Shown: positions 1-10,067, counted from the first letter of the stretch. The stretch: 64,000 bases of DNA from Treponemataceae bacterium (GCA_963667725.2 CAXXHO010000004.1:1-64000); one strand, 5' to 3'. Numbers and translations: made by a program. Notes: generated from the sequence alone by a model not told the origin.

Positions 1-1
1 A

Positions 2-532
2 TTGCGAGAGACGGTCCTGGAGCCCTTCGGCCTTTCGAGCGTGCGCTACCTCTTCGAGGAGGACCTCGCCGCGGCGGGCGGTCCGGCGAACGGTTCCGCG
101 GGCGCTCCCGCCAGCCCGTCCGCGCAGGCCCTGCCCTGCGCGGACGGCGCGGTCGTGCCCTCGCAGCGGCGCCAGCGCTGCGGCCTCGGCCTCTACGGCA
201 CCGCCCGCGACCTTCTTTCCTTCGGCGAGCGCTGGCTGACGATGGCCGACGCCGCGGGCGCGCCCTGGATCGGCTCTGCCGCGCGCGACGAAATCTGGAC
301 GCCGCACTCGGTCCGCCCCTCGGATAATAGCGACTACGGCTACCTCTGGTGGCTCTTCGGCGACCTGGAGGGCGTGGTGGCGTCGGGCGCCTCCTTCGGG
401 CTCTGCGCCCTCCTGCCCCGGCAGGGGATCGCCGTGGCGGTGGCGCGCAACCACATCGGCCCGACCGCCAAACCCTTCGACTACCGCGCCGACAAGCGGC
501 GGATACTGGAATTGGCGAAGAATTTCGCCTAA
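2..532 (+). CDS. C-terminal part of a serine hydrolase / beta-lactamase-family protein (runs off window start)
   Basis: GLYGTARDLLSFG and YGYLWW motifs resemble the C-terminal half of AmpC-like serine hydrolases; N-terminus not in window. Confidence 0.55.
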   Translation: MRETVLEPFGLSSVRYLFEEDLAAAGGPANGSAGAPASPSAQALPCADGAVVPSQRRQRCGLGLYGTARDLLSFGERWLTMADAAGAPWIGSAARDEIWTPHSVRPSDNSDYGYLWWLFGDLEGVVASGASFGLCALLPRQGIAVAVARNHIGPTAKPFDYRADKRRILELAKNFA

Positions 533-652
533 GCCCATCGCGCGCCTCGCCGGCGATCACACGCAGCCCCGCCCCTTCCCCGCCCGCCCTTTCCCGCGGG
601 CGCGGCTTGATAGTATTCTTTCTATATAACACACGCTCATTAGGAGGCTGCC

Positions 653-1624
653 ATGTTCTATAGAAGGCTCGGCTCGGCCGGGATCAAGGTGTCGGTGCTG
701 TCGCTCGGGTCATGGGTGACCTACGGCAACCAGGTCCAGGTCGAGGACTCGGCCGACATGCTCAAGCTGGCCTACGAAGCCGGCGTCAACTTCTTCGACA
801 ACGCCGAGGTCTACTCGGCGGGCGAATCGGAAAAGATCATGGGCGAGGCGCTGCGCAGGCTCAACTGGCGCCGCGGCTCCTACCTCGTCTCCACCAAGCT
901 CTTCTGGGGCATCCACGAAGGCCCGAACGAGAAGAACACCCTGAACCGCAAATACCTGCTGGAGGCTATGGACGGCTCGCTGGAGCGCCTGGGAATGGAC
1001 CACGTCGACCTGGTCTACTGCCACCGCCCCGACCCCGAGACCCCCATGGAGGAGACCGTGCGCGCCATGCACGACATCGTCGCCTCGGGCAAGGCCTTCT
1101 ACTGGGGCACGAGCGAGTGGTCGGCCGAGCAGATCCGCGAGGCCTGGGACATCGCCGACCGGCGCAACCTGCACCGCCCGCAGATGGAGCAGCCCCTCTA
1201 CAACATGATCGCGCGCGCCAAGGTCGAGAAGGAGTTCGCCCGCCTCTACGACGGCATCGGGCTCGGGCTGACCACCTTCAGCCCCCTCGCCTCGGGGCTC
1301 CTCTCAGGCAAGTACAGGAACGGCATCCCCGCGGGCACGCGATTCGCCCTGCCAGGCTACGAATGGCTGCAGAAGCGCTATCTCCACGACGACATCCCCG
1401 CCATCGTGGCGAGGCTGGAACCCATCGCCGCCGAGCTCGGCTGCACGATGAGCCAGCTGGGCATCGCCTGGGTCGCCCGGAACCCGCGCGTCAGCTCGGT
1501 GATTACAGGAGCCTCGCGCCGCGAGCAGCTCGTCGAGAATCTGGGCGCCCTGGAGGTGATCCCCAGGCTCACGCCCGAGGTCCTGGCCCGCATCGACGAG
1601 ACGCTCAAGGGGATAATACAATAA
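653..1624 (+). CDS. Aldo/keto reductase (Kv-beta-like subfamily)
   Basis: [33 protein letters not shown] motifs; AGGAGG RBS upstream. Confidence 0.92.
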   Translation: MFYRRLGSAGIKVSVLSLGSWVTYGNQVQVEDSADMLKLAYEAGVNFFDNAEVYSAGESEKIMGEALRRLNWRRGSYLVSTKLFWGIHEGPNEKNTLNRKYLLEAMDGSLERLGMDHVDLVYCHRPDPETPMEETVRAMHDIVASGKAFYWGTSEWSAEQIREAWDIADRRNLHRPQMEQPLYNMIARAKVEKEFARLYDGIGLGLTTFSPLASGLLSGKYRNGIPAGTRFALPGYEWLQKRYLHDDIPAIVARLEPIAAELGCTMSQLGIAWVARNPRVSSVITGASRREQLVENLGALEVIPRLTPEVLARIDETLKGIIQ

Positions 1625-1651
1625 GCGGCTGAAACTGTTGCCAGTCCAAAT

Positions 1652-1690
1652 AAAAGGCCCCGGCGCGGAGAAGCGCCGGGGCCTTTCTTC
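1652..1690 (+). terminator. Intrinsic terminator
   Basis: aaaggccccggcgc-ggagaa-gcgccggggccttt hairpin followed by a T-rich tract. Confidence 0.75.
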
Positions 1691-1744
1691 TTCGTAAAGA
1701 AGGTGAGTCTGCGTAAGTGGCTGGCATCTGAGAAAACTTTACAG

Positions 1745-1774
1745 TACGTACAAGAACATATATACTTATACGTA
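1745..1774. promoter_or_regulatory. Probable TA operator (inverted repeat)
   Basis: tacgtacaag...cttatacgta just upstream of the antitoxin start. Confidence 0.45.
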
Positions 1775-1786
1775 GAGGGGCTTACT

Positions 1787-2026
1787 ATGGAAACGAAACT
1801 GACGTTGAAGCTCGACAAGGCTGTTATTCAATCAGTGAAGAAATATGCTCAAAACAATAATAAAAGCCTCTCAAAACTGGTCGAGCAGTACTTCCGGAAA
1901 TTAGTGTCCGAAGACGAGGAGAGAACGAAGTACTCGCCGTTGGTTGAGGAGCTCAGCGGCGTCGTTTCGGAGAAAGATCTGCGGGGAGTCGATTACCTCG
2001 GCTACTTGGAAAAGAAGTATGAGTAA
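1787..2026 (+). CDS. DUF6364-like ribbon-helix-helix antitoxin
   Basis: METKLTLKLDKAVIQSVKKYAQNNNKSLSKLVEQYF; overlaps a PIN gene; start moved to ATG 1787 after GAGGGG. Confidence 0.8.
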   Translation: METKLTLKLDKAVIQSVKKYAQNNNKSLSKLVEQYFRKLVSEDEERTKYSPLVEELSGVVSEKDLRGVDYLGYLEKKYE

Positions 2027-2432
2027 GGAAGTCTTCGTTGACGCCGACATACTCTTGGATCTTCTTTGCAAGCGCGAGCCATTTTATTCCTACGCCGCGG
2101 AAGTCTTTACCTTGGGCGACAATGGGACGCTCGCACTTATGACGACTCCGCTTGTATTCGCCGATGTCTTCTATATTTTGCGAAAACTGCTTGGGATAGA
2201 GAAAGCCAAAGAACTGCTTCGCAAAGTGCGTATAATTGTCGGTCTCGTCGAAACGAATGAGAAGATCGTCGATTTAGCCTTGAACTCGAGCTTCTCCGAT
2301 TTTGAGGATGGAATTCAGTACTTCGCGGCGCGGGAGCATGGCATCCAGCATTTGCTCACGAGGAATCTGCAAGATTACAAGGGCGCCGACCTCATTGTTC
2401 AAACCCCCGAAGAATACTTGAAGACCCTCTGA
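2019..2432 (+). CDS. PIN-domain toxin (VapC-like)
   Basis: VFVDADILLD, DFEDGIQY, LLTRNLQDY acidic PIN motifs. Confidence 0.85.
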   Translation: MSKEVFVDADILLDLLCKREPFYSYAAEVFTLGDNGTLALMTTPLVFADVFYILRKLLGIEKAKELLRKVRIIVGLVETNEKIVDLALNSSFSDFEDGIQYFAAREHGIQHLLTRNLQDYKGADLIVQTPEEYLKTL

Positions 2433-2556
2433 CGTTAACGCTAACCACGACTGTTTATATCAATGTCTGCCCACTTTAGCTATTTCAACGATAGCGCCTT
2501 GCGCGCGCGGCGGCGATGAATACGCTTAAGGCATCTCATGATACAAAGGAGCGCCT

Positions 2557-3369
2557 ATGCGGAAAATCGTCGTCGCGCTGGCTATCGCCCTGATAGCGCT
2601 TTCGGTCGTCTACGCGGCCCCGGCCAAGAACGTGCCCGCCGTGATAGGCATCCATGTCGGGCCGGCCCACCCGGCCTTTATCGAAAGCCTCTACCCCGAC
2701 CTTAAAATCTACTACCTGCCAGAGTACGAGGTGGCCATCACCCTGGACAAGAAAAACGTCGGGAACAGCAAGGCGTCGCTGACGGCCGGCCAGGGCGTTC
2801 TGGCGGACTGGTTCAACGAGAAGGGCGTGATGGCCTTCCCGCGCTACAAGTCCCTGCTCTTCGACAAGGCGGGAGTGTGCGCCTTCGAGGGCTGGCTGCA
2901 GACGAGCCCGAAATCGTCCACCGACGAAAAGTACAAGATGCAGAACGCCAGCATCAACTTCGGCGACAAGAAGCCGCTCAAGGATTCCTTCAACGACTAT
3001 GTGCAGAAGGGCAAGACCGCCAAGGCGAACGCCAAGAAGAACCTCGTCAAGGACAAGGATTACCTGGGAGGCGGCGTGCCCGACATCACGCTGGCGAACG
3101 CGGCGGGCGAGGCGAAAACGTTGGCCGACATCGTCGCGGAGGCGGGGCCGTCGCTGGTGTTCTTCTTCACCGTGCCGGCGGATGCCACGCCGGAATTCGT
3201 GTCGAGGAACGCGCAGTCCAATTCGATGGCGCAGAACGCGGGCAACGCGCCGACGCCGGGCGCCTTCCTGGGCGCCATGCTCGGGGCGCAGATCGGCTGG
3301 ACCTACACCGATCTGCTCGACCAGATCGAGTTGGATTTCTTCGGGTACCTGGTGAACAAGGCGCGCTGA
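2557..3369 (+). CDS. Secreted hypothetical protein
   Basis: Signal peptide ending VYA; AAGGAG RBS; host-like codon usage. Confidence 0.7.
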   Translation: MRKIVVALAIALIALSVVYAAPAKNVPAVIGIHVGPAHPAFIESLYPDLKIYYLPEYEVAITLDKKNVGNSKASLTAGQGVLADWFNEKGVMAFPRYKSLLFDKAGVCAFEGWLQTSPKSSTDEKYKMQNASINFGDKKPLKDSFNDYVQKGKTAKANAKKNLVKDKDYLGGGVPDITLANAAGEAKTLADIVAEAGPSLVFFFTVPADATPEFVSRNAQSNSMAQNAGNAPTPGAFLGAMLGAQIGWTYTDLLDQIELDFFGYLVNKAR

Positions 3370-3397
3370 GCGAAGCGGCGGAAACAGCCGCGAAATA

Positions 3398-3435
3398 GAA
3401 AGGGCCGCCGGGAGGGAACCTCCCGGCGGCCTTTT
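3398..3435. terminator. Bidirectional intrinsic terminator
   Basis: gaaagggccgccgggagg-gaa-cctcccggcggcctttt between convergent genes. Confidence 0.75.
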
Positions 3436-3467
3436 CGCGCTGCCCATTAGCGATGGCGACTTTCGCC

Positions 3468-4100
3468 CTAGTCGCCGGGAAGAAGCGCGGTGACGCTTTC
3501 GGGCTGGACGCCGTACGCGGCGGCGCAGAAGGAGCGCGCAACGTTGGCGAGGCCCTGCCGGATGCCGTCGCGCACGACGGGGTCGGAGAGCGAGGCGCGC
3601 GCCGCGGCCATGAGGTCGGCGGAAAGCTCGCCCCGCATCTTGGCGGCCTCCTCCTTGAGGCGGAAGGCCATGTTCGTCACGAGATTGGCGCCCTTGGCCG
3701 ACACTTCGATCGTGTCGGTGCGCACGGCGGGCGGCATGCAGTCGGGCTCGGGCGCGGCCACGGCGATGGCCCTGCGGCGGGCGTCCCACGAAATCGACCA
3801 ACGCTTGGGGTCGGTGACGTCGAGGTAATAGGCGACGTCAGCCCAGGCGGACACGGAGATCGAGGCGCGCAGGTTGACGATGGCGAGGAGCTTGGCCGCG
3901 AATTCCTTGGACGCCGCATAACGATGCTCTGAGGTGAGCACGACGAGCTTGCCGTCGGGCTTGAGCTTTTCCACATAGAGCGCCCAACGCGCGACCGGCG
4001 ACCTGGCCGCCGCCGAGGCCCTGCCCGCGAGGAAGACGCCCGCGAGAACAACGAGAACGCTCAACGCGACGATCGCCGCCGCCGCTAGCCCGCGCCTCAT
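3468..4100 (-). CDS. DUF4230-like membrane-anchored protein
   Basis: N-terminal hydrophobic anchor; pattern resembling DUF4230 (ADVAYYLDV...IAVAAPEP). Confidence 0.5.
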   Translation of the reverse strand: MRRGLAAAAIVALSVLVVLAGVFLAGRASAAARSPVARWALYVEKLKPDGKLVVLTSEHRYAASKEFAAKLLAIVNLRASISVSAWADVAYYLDVTDPKRWSISWDARRRAIAVAAPEPDCMPPAVRTDTIEVSAKGANLVTNMAFRLKEEAAKMRGELSADLMAAARASLSDPVVRDGIRQGLANVARSFCAAAYGVQPESVTALLPGD

Positions 4101-4107
4101 GCCGGGC

Positions 4108-5445
4108 CTAGATCCCGCAGTCCTGTTCCCAGCCCGCGATCACCGAGCCGGCCTCCTGGGCGAGCACCGGCAGGGAGGAGAGGTCCCCCGCCGACGTGAG
4201 GTCGGAGAGCGCCTTGCGCGCGATGGCCTCGAGCGATTCCTGGGCCTGGGACAGGCCCGCCGCGAAGGCTGGATCGGCCGCGCGCTCGAAGCCGCGGTTG
4301 TTCATGACCCAGTTACGGCAGCGCTTCCAGTAGGCGAGCGCGGCCTCGGAGCCCTCGGCGTAGTCGTAGTCGCTCCAGAGCAGGATGAACTCGCCCTTGA
4401 CGAGGAGGATGGGCTTGTAGAGGGACACGCAAGGGTACGGCGAGCCGGTGAACCAGATGATGGCCGCGTCGTCGCCCGCGTACTCCACCGCCATGGACGC
4501 GGTGGTGGCCGAGGCCGGAAAGCCGCCTGCGTGCACGCAGAGGCTCTCCATGTGGCGCTTCCAGGGGTGGAAGGGGTCGTAGGGGCCGTGGGAGCGGAGA
4601 ATGTCGAGGAAATTCGCGACATTCGTCGCGTTCGCGGCGGAGGAGGCCTGAGCGGTGTTCGCGGCGGGCGGCTTCGCGGCGCCGGCGAAGGCGCCGAGCT
4701 TGGCGAGGGAGAGGGCGCGGCGCTGCTCGCCCTTGGTGAAGCGAAGGTAGAAGCGGTTCTCGAACTGGACCTTGAAGGACTCCTTCTCGCCCTTGCGGCC
4801 GGGGTCGGCCTCGTCGGAGCAGGCGGCGCGCTCGTTGACGGGCGCGATTTCCTTGCGGGACTGGACGTCCAACCGCTTGTAGTCCAGGTCGATGCAGTAG
4901 GCGTTGGAGATCGCGTCGCGCGAGTCGGCCAGGCGCCAAGCCCAGCGATGGCCGGCCGTCTCGAGGATGTAGGCTTCGCGAGGGTCGGAGATGAGGAAGC
5001 TGTTGTCGTAATAGAGGGAGCCGCGGAAAGAGCCGTTGCCGCCCTGGTCGAAGCGCTCGACGAAGGCGCAGATGAAGTCCACGGCTTCCTTGGCGGTGGC
5101 GGCGAGGCCCAGGGCGGCCCTGAGGATGTCCATGCCGAGGACGCCGTCCTTGGCGGGCTTGAAGCGGGAGAACACCGCCTCGTTGCCGATGGCGACGCCC
5201 TTCTCGTTGACGCCCATCTCGCCGCCGGCCATCCAGGAGGGTTTGGAGAGGACGAAACAGAAGCCGCCGTTCTTCCAGGGTATCTGCTTATCGCCGACGC
5301 CCGCCGATTCGGAAGCGGGAACGGGATGCACCAGGCAGAGGGTTTGGGGCTCTTCGGGGCGGCGGTCGGAATTCTTGCCGAAAAAAGCCGCGCGCCCTTC
5401 GGGTTCGGCGGATCGGCCCAACGCGCAATAGAGACTATCGCACAT
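4108..5445 (-). CDS. C69 dipeptidase / secernin-like Ntn cysteine peptidase
   Basis: Likely start MCDS (N-terminal nucleophile Cys); FGKNSDR, GEMGVNEKGVAIGNEA, GMDILR, LETAG motifs. Confidence 0.85.
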   Translation of the reverse strand: MCDSLYCALGRSAEPEGRAAFFGKNSDRRPEEPQTLCLVHPVPASESAGVGDKQIPWKNGGFCFVLSKPSWMAGGEMGVNEKGVAIGNEAVFSRFKPAKDGVLGMDILRAALGLAATAKEAVDFICAFVERFDQGGNGSFRGSLYYDNSFLISDPREAYILETAGHRWAWRLADSRDAISNAYCIDLDYKRLDVQSRKEIAPVNERAACSDEADPGRKGEKESFKVQFENRFYLRFTKGEQRRALSLAKLGAFAGAAKPPAANTAQASSAANATNVANFLDILRSHGPYDPFHPWKRHMESLCVHAGGFPASATTASMAVEYAGDDAAIIWFTGSPYPCVSLYKPILLVKGEFILLWSDYDYAEGSEAALAYWKRCRNWVMNNRGFERAADPAFAAGLSQAQESLEAIARKALSDLTSAGDLSSLPVLAQEAGSVIAGWEQDCGI

Positions 5446-5593
5446 GTCGTATCTCCAGGCCCTCACTGTAAAGCCTTTGCCCCTTCCGCGCAAGCGAAAA
5501 CAGGCTATCGCGGCGCCACGCGCCGCGCGGCGCGCGCCTCCACGGCGCGATCCAGATTGACGCCCCACGAGGCCGCGGCATACTCTGGGGGAT

Positions 5594-6391
5594 ATGAAAA
5601 AAAGCCGAAGACCACAATTTGGCCGCGCCGCCGCGCTCGCCCTCGCCTTCGCATTCGCTTTCGCCGCCGCAGGGAAAGTTAAAGCCCAGGGGTCTGACCC
5701 CGCTTTGTTACTTTCAGCGAGCATGGACGCCCTGCGCGACGCCATGTACATGAGCCAGTCCCCTGAAACCGTTGAAAGCGAGGCCGGACGCCTGACCGCG
5801 GCCCTCCGCTCAGCGAACCTCCCCGAGGCCGAGCGGGCGCTGGCACTCGCCCGCGCGGAGTATTATGCCGCGCGGTCATGGAAGGAAGCGGAAGACAAGG
5901 CCAAGGCGATTCCCCACTACGAGGAGGCGATTGTCCAGGCGCGCGCCGCGCTGGCAGTGGGCGAGACGGCGGCACGCCTGATCGCCCTGATGAAGCCCCT
6001 CTCGGAACTCTGCCTCCTTAAAGACATGGCCTTTCTGGTGGTGAACGGTCCGAAAATAGGACAATACGCCAAACGCGCCCTCGTCCTGGAGCCGGGATAC
6101 CCCGCCGCCGTGATCGCCATCGCCGCCTCCAAGGCCTACCCGCCCGCGATCTTCGGCGGGAACCCCAAGGAGGCCCTCGCGGAGATGGAAGCCCTTTCCG
6201 CGAACGGCGCCGGATTGGCGAACGGCACAGGATTGGCGAAGGACGAGCTCTTCGACCTGCGCATGTGCGCGGGCACCGCCTGCGAAAAGCTCGGGCGCAA
6301 GGCCGAGGCCGCCGCCTGGTTCCGCAAAGCCCTCGAGCTCTACCCCGGCAACACCTACGCCCGCGAGCAGCTGAAAAAGGCAGCCCCATGA
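5594..6391 (+). CDS. Exported tetratricopeptide-repeat protein
   Basis: Signal peptide; TPR-like helices (AAAWFRKALELYPGN); contains an in-frame palindrome copy at 5674-5715. Confidence 0.7.
   Translation: MKKSRRPQFGRAAALALAFAFAFAAAGKVKAQGSDPALLLSASMDALRDAMYMSQSPETVESEAGRLTAALRSANLPEAERALALARAEYYAARSWKEAEDKAKAIPHYEEAIVQARAALAVGETAARLIALMKPLSELCLLKDMAFLVVNGPKIGQYAKRALVLEPGYPAAVIAIAASKAYPPAIFGGNPKEALAEMEALSANGAGLANGTGLAKDELFDLRMCAGTACEKLGRKAEAAAWFRKALELYPGNTYAREQLKKAAP
5674..5715 (+). repeat. Outlying copy of the GGGGTC(A/T)GACCCC palindrome inside a CDS
   Basis: gaaagttaaagccca-ggggtctgacccc-gctttgttactttc; core 5689-5701. Confidence 0.8.
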
Positions 6392-7545
6392 GCGGCGCGA
6401 ACCTGTTCAGCGCGGGAAACATCGCGCTGGCCCTGGCCATGTTCGCGGCGGCGGCGGGGGTCTGGATCACGGCGCTGACCATGCTCAACGCCATGTGGAT
6501 GCTGCACACCACCTTGATCAAGCCCAAGCGCGAGGGCCCGCTCGTGAGCATCCTGATTCCGGCGCGCGACGAGGAAGCCCGGATCGCGGCCTGCCTCGAT
6601 TCCCTCCTGGCCCAGGACTATCAGCGCACCGAGATCATCGTGTACGACGACGAATCGACCGACGAAACGCCCCGCATCCTGGCTGAATACCAAGCGCGCC
6701 ACCCCGGCAAGATCAAGGCCATCCGCGGAAAGCTGGAGGAAGGCTGGTACGGCAAGCCCCACGCCATGCAGCGCCTGTCCGAAGCCGCCTTAGGCAGCTG
6801 GCTCTTTTTCACGGACGCCGACACCGTCCACAAGCCGGACTCGGTGAGCCACGCCGCCGGCCTGGCCGAGCACTACCGCGCCGACCTGGTCTCGGGCTAC
6901 GCGCTGCACACGATCGAAAGCTTCGGCGAGGCGGTCACGGTGCCCTCGATCTACCTCCTCACCATGGCCCTGATGCCCGCCTGGCTCTCCCACCGCCGGC
7001 GGCTGCCCGCCCTGTCCCACGCCATCGGCCAGGTGATGTTCTTCAAAGCCGACACCTACCGGAAGATCGGCGGCTACGCCGCCGTCGCCCGCGAGGTCTC
7101 CGAGGACGTGCGCATCGCCAGGCTCGTCAAGCGCGCGGGCGGAAGGGCGCTCTTCGCCGACCTTAAGGAGCACATCTCCTGCAGGATGTACGAGGGCTAC
7201 CGCGCCGCCGTCGACGGCTTCTCCAAGAACGTCTACGACTACTTCAACAAGAAGTTCGCCCTCCTCCTCGCCGTGACGGCGCTCGTCCCGATCGTCTTTT
7301 TCTTGCCCCTCCTGGGCGCCGCCTGGCTGCCGAAAGCCCTCCTGGCCGCCCAGCCCTGGTGCAGGCTCGCGAGCCTCCTCGTCTTCTACGCCTGGGGCAT
7401 CGTGACCGTGGACCGCGGCCTGCCCTGGTACGTGCCCTTCGTGTACCCCCTCGTGTTCGTGAACACCCTCTCGGCGGCCTGGCGGGCCTTCCGCCTCTTC
7501 GCCACGGGGAGGGCCGTCGCCTGGAAGGGCAGGATGGTGAAGTAA
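6388..7545 (+). CDS. GT2 glycosyltransferase with TM helices (CrtQ/HpnB-like)
   Basis: SILIPARDE, VYDDES, GKPHA, FTDAD, SED motifs; ATGA overlap with upstream gene. Confidence 0.85.
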   Translation: MSGANLFSAGNIALALAMFAAAAGVWITALTMLNAMWMLHTTLIKPKREGPLVSILIPARDEEARIAACLDSLLAQDYQRTEIIVYDDESTDETPRILAEYQARHPGKIKAIRGKLEEGWYGKPHAMQRLSEAALGSWLFFTDADTVHKPDSVSHAAGLAEHYRADLVSGYALHTIESFGEAVTVPSIYLLTMALMPAWLSHRRRLPALSHAIGQVMFFKADTYRKIGGYAAVAREVSEDVRIARLVKRAGGRALFADLKEHISCRMYEGYRAAVDGFSKNVYDYFNKKFALLLAVTALVPIVFFLPLLGAAWLPKALLAAQPWCRLASLLVFYAWGIVTVDRGLPWYVPFVYPLVFVNTLSAAWRAFRLFATGRAVAWKGRMVK

Positions 7546-7546
7546 G

Positions 7547-8305
7547 ATGGCCTACAAACGCGGCGACCCCCTGGTCGAGCGGCGGCCAGCCTTCCTCGCC
7601 GCCTCGGCGGCGGTCACCTGGCTCGTCATCGCGCTAGGCAGGGTCGTGATCGGCCTGCTCTACGGCTTCCGCGTCCGGGGGCGGGAGAACTTGGCCGCGA
7701 TCAGGGGCAGACGGGCGGTTTTCGTGGCCAACCACGTGCTGCCTCTGGATCCCCTCTTCCAGGCCTGCGCCATCGTCCCGCGGCGAACCTACTACACCCT
7801 GCTGGAAGAGACCGTGCTCACGCCCGTTCTGGGCACCCTGGTGCGGCTCTTGGGCGGCATTCCCATACCGCCCGACCCCGAGCGCCTGTCCGCGGTGGAC
7901 GAGGCCATGCGGGCGGCGCTCGAAAGCCGCGGACTTGTGCACTTCTACCCCGAGGGGGAGTGCTTCCTCTTCAGCCAGGAGCTGAAGGATTTCAAGGCGG
8001 GCGCCTTCTATTACGCGATCAAGCACCGGGCAGCGATCGTGCCCCTGGCGACGGTGCTCAAGGCCGGCGGCGGGCTCGGCGGAAGGGGTCTGCCGGGAGG
8101 CGCCAAGGCGGAACTGCATATCCTGCCCGCCATCGAGCCGCCAGCGGCTTCGGGACGCGCGGCGCGCGACCTGCACGAAGCCCTGGCCCTGGCGAAAAGC
8201 GTCCGCGCGTCGATGCAGGCTTGCATCGACGAGTCGGGCGGCGATAAAAGCCTGTACCGCGGTCCCATGCCCCGCATCCGCGGCGTGAACGACAGGGAGC
8301 GCTGA
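7547..8305 (+). CDS. Lysophospholipid acyltransferase (PlsC-like)
   Basis: NHVLPLD (HX4D), FYPEGE, FKAGAF motifs. Confidence 0.85.
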   Translation: MAYKRGDPLVERRPAFLAASAAVTWLVIALGRVVIGLLYGFRVRGRENLAAIRGRRAVFVANHVLPLDPLFQACAIVPRRTYYTLLEETVLTPVLGTLVRLLGGIPIPPDPERLSAVDEAMRAALESRGLVHFYPEGECFLFSQELKDFKAGAFYYAIKHRAAIVPLATVLKAGGGLGGRGLPGGAKAELHILPAIEPPAASGRAARDLHEALALAKSVRASMQACIDESGGDKSLYRGPMPRIRGVNDRER

Positions 8306-8415
8306 CAGCGCGCCCCGCCGAGGCGCCGGGCAGCAAACGCTCCCTGCAACAAAAGATAACCGAACCATTGCGCCTGCCCCGGCGACGCCTATACTTAAGG
8401 AAAAAGGGGGCCGCA

Positions 8416-8958
8416 ATGTATAAGAAAGTCTCGAAATACGCCGTTCTCATCCTTTTCGCGACCATGACGATCCTCGCCTTTTCGGGCTGCGACCTGATCA
8501 TGAACCTTTTCGGAGGAGGGCCTGACGGCGACCCCGTCGAGCTGCTCGACTCCGTGGACGCCGACCCGGCTTACGCCACCCTCGAAAACGATTTCCTGAC
8601 CGCGATCAACACCGAGCGGACCGACCACAGCGCCGCCGCCCTGACGCGGGTGAGCAGCCTGGACGCCCTGGCCCGGCGGTACTCGAAGGCGGGCACGATC
8701 GACGTGGGCGACAACCTCTACGACAGGATCGAGACGGCCTACGGCAGCTGCGCCGAAGCGTGCGAATTCCAGCTCTCGAGCGATTCAGCCCCCAACGTGA
8801 CGACCGCCATAACCGCCTGGCTGAGCGAGACCGGAGGCGCCGCGTCCATGCGGGACACGGACTTCACCAAGGTGGGCATCGGCATCGTGACCGGCCCCGC
8901 GCCGCAGGGAATGCCCGGCACCTGGGTCTGGGTGACCGCGCTCCTCATGAAGCCGTAA
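8416..8958 (+). CDS. CAP-domain lipoprotein
   Basis: Lipobox LAFSGC; INTER...LDALARRYS...FTKVGIGI CAP pattern. Confidence 0.7.
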   Translation: MYKKVSKYAVLILFATMTILAFSGCDLIMNLFGGGPDGDPVELLDSVDADPAYATLENDFLTAINTERTDHSAAALTRVSSLDALARRYSKAGTIDVGDNLYDRIETAYGSCAEACEFQLSSDSAPNVTTAITAWLSETGGAASMRDTDFTKVGIGIVTGPAPQGMPGTWVWVTALLMKP

Positions 8959-8988
8959 GGCGCCCGCCGGCCGCAGCGCGCGGCAAAT

Positions 8989-9034
8989 AAAAAGCCCGCG
9001 CCCCGGGGAGAGATCCCCGAGGCGCGGGCTTTTT
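8989..9034. terminator. Bidirectional intrinsic terminator
   Basis: aaaaagcccgcgccccgggga-gaga-tccccgaggcgcgggcttttt between convergent genes. Confidence 0.8.
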
Positions 9035-9057
9035 CGCGGCTCGCCGCCTTAGCTTTA

Positions 9058-10014
9058 TCATCTTCTGCGGTAACGCGTCATCCGCCCAGTCCCCGATGAT
9101 TCCACGCGTCCTTCGAGCAGGAGCCGCTTTAAATCTCTGCTGGCGGTAGCCTCCGAAATTCCCTTATTAACGCTCACATACGCTTTCCTGTCAAACCAAT
9201 CGCCCAGCGACGCGAGCGCGCTATCGGCCCGTTTCTGAAAATCGAAGGCAGGTATTTTCGCGCTCCCGATTGTCTTGCGCAGGCTCTCTTCGATGGCCTC
9301 GAGCATGAATTCGATGAATTTCGTAGACCTTCCCGCGTTATCCGACTCCGCCAAAACAGCATAATAGCGTTCCTGGCTATTTTTGATAGTCTCCTCAATC
9401 GGAATGTATTCGAATATTGGATTCACTTCCATGAGAAGCCGGGTTTGCCATAATCTGCCTATTCTGCCGTTTCCATCCTCGAAAGGATGGATGAACTCCA
9501 TCTCGTAGTGGAAAACGCAGCTCTTGATAATGCCGGGATCATCATCCTTCTTTAAATAACCGAAGAGGTCCTTCATCAAGCCGGGCACCATGGCATATCC
9601 AGGCGCGATGTGCTGGATCTCCTTTCCCTTGAGTATCCCAACTTGTTTTCGCCTGAATTCTCCAGGATGTTCGATCAAGCCCTCCATCAAGAGCCCGTGG
9701 GCACGCAGAAAGTCGCGGATCGATCCCGCCGCAAAGGCACTCAGACTGTCATACGCTCGTATCGCGTTCTGCACTTCCAGTATTTCCTTGCGAGGACCTA
9801 AGACGCGAACGTTATCGACGAGAGCGGTGACTTGTCCGATATCGAGAGTATTGCCCTCGATCGCCAACGATGAATGAATTGTCTTTATCCGGTTGCGCCG
9901 ACGAAGCTTCGCTTCTGGCTTTGCCAAATTGAGGCTTTTGCATTGGCCTAACGCGTCGAGTATCTGGCCATAGAGGACGAGGATTCTCTTCGTTATCTCA
10001 TAAGGCGGCTTCAT
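9058..10014 (-). CDS. Fic-family protein with C-terminal HTH
   Basis: HPFEDGNGRIGR Fic motif; SLAIEGN inhibitory motif; ISEATASRDL HTH. Confidence 0.92.
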   Translation of the reverse strand: MKPPYEITKRILVLYGQILDALGQCKSLNLAKPEAKLRRRNRIKTIHSSLAIEGNTLDIGQVTALVDNVRVLGPRKEILEVQNAIRAYDSLSAFAAGSIRDFLRAHGLLMEGLIEHPGEFRRKQVGILKGKEIQHIAPGYAMVPGLMKDLFGYLKKDDDPGIIKSCVFHYEMEFIHPFEDGNGRIGRLWQTRLLMEVNPIFEYIPIEETIKNSQERYYAVLAESDNAGRSTKFIEFMLEAIEESLRKTIGSAKIPAFDFQKRADSALASLGDWFDRKAYVSVNKGISEATASRDLKRLLLEGRVESSGTGRMTRYRRR

Positions 10015-10020
10015 TCTGCT

Positions 10021-10052
10021 TTGATGATAGTATCATTTGATACTATCATCAA
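10021..10052. promoter_or_regulatory. Perfect 15-bp-arm palindrome, probable operator of fic
   Basis: ttgatgatagtatca-tt-tgatactatcatcaa, 6 bp upstream of the fic ATG. Confidence 0.6.
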
Positions 10053-10067
10053 GCTTCCAGCCAGCTG

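Noticed and set aside
6200..6241. 18-bp tandem duplication (ANGAGL-ANGTGL) and similar Ala/Pro loop insertions in rmlB and the C69 peptidase
   Set aside because: Short in-frame slippage duplications with no evidence of function.
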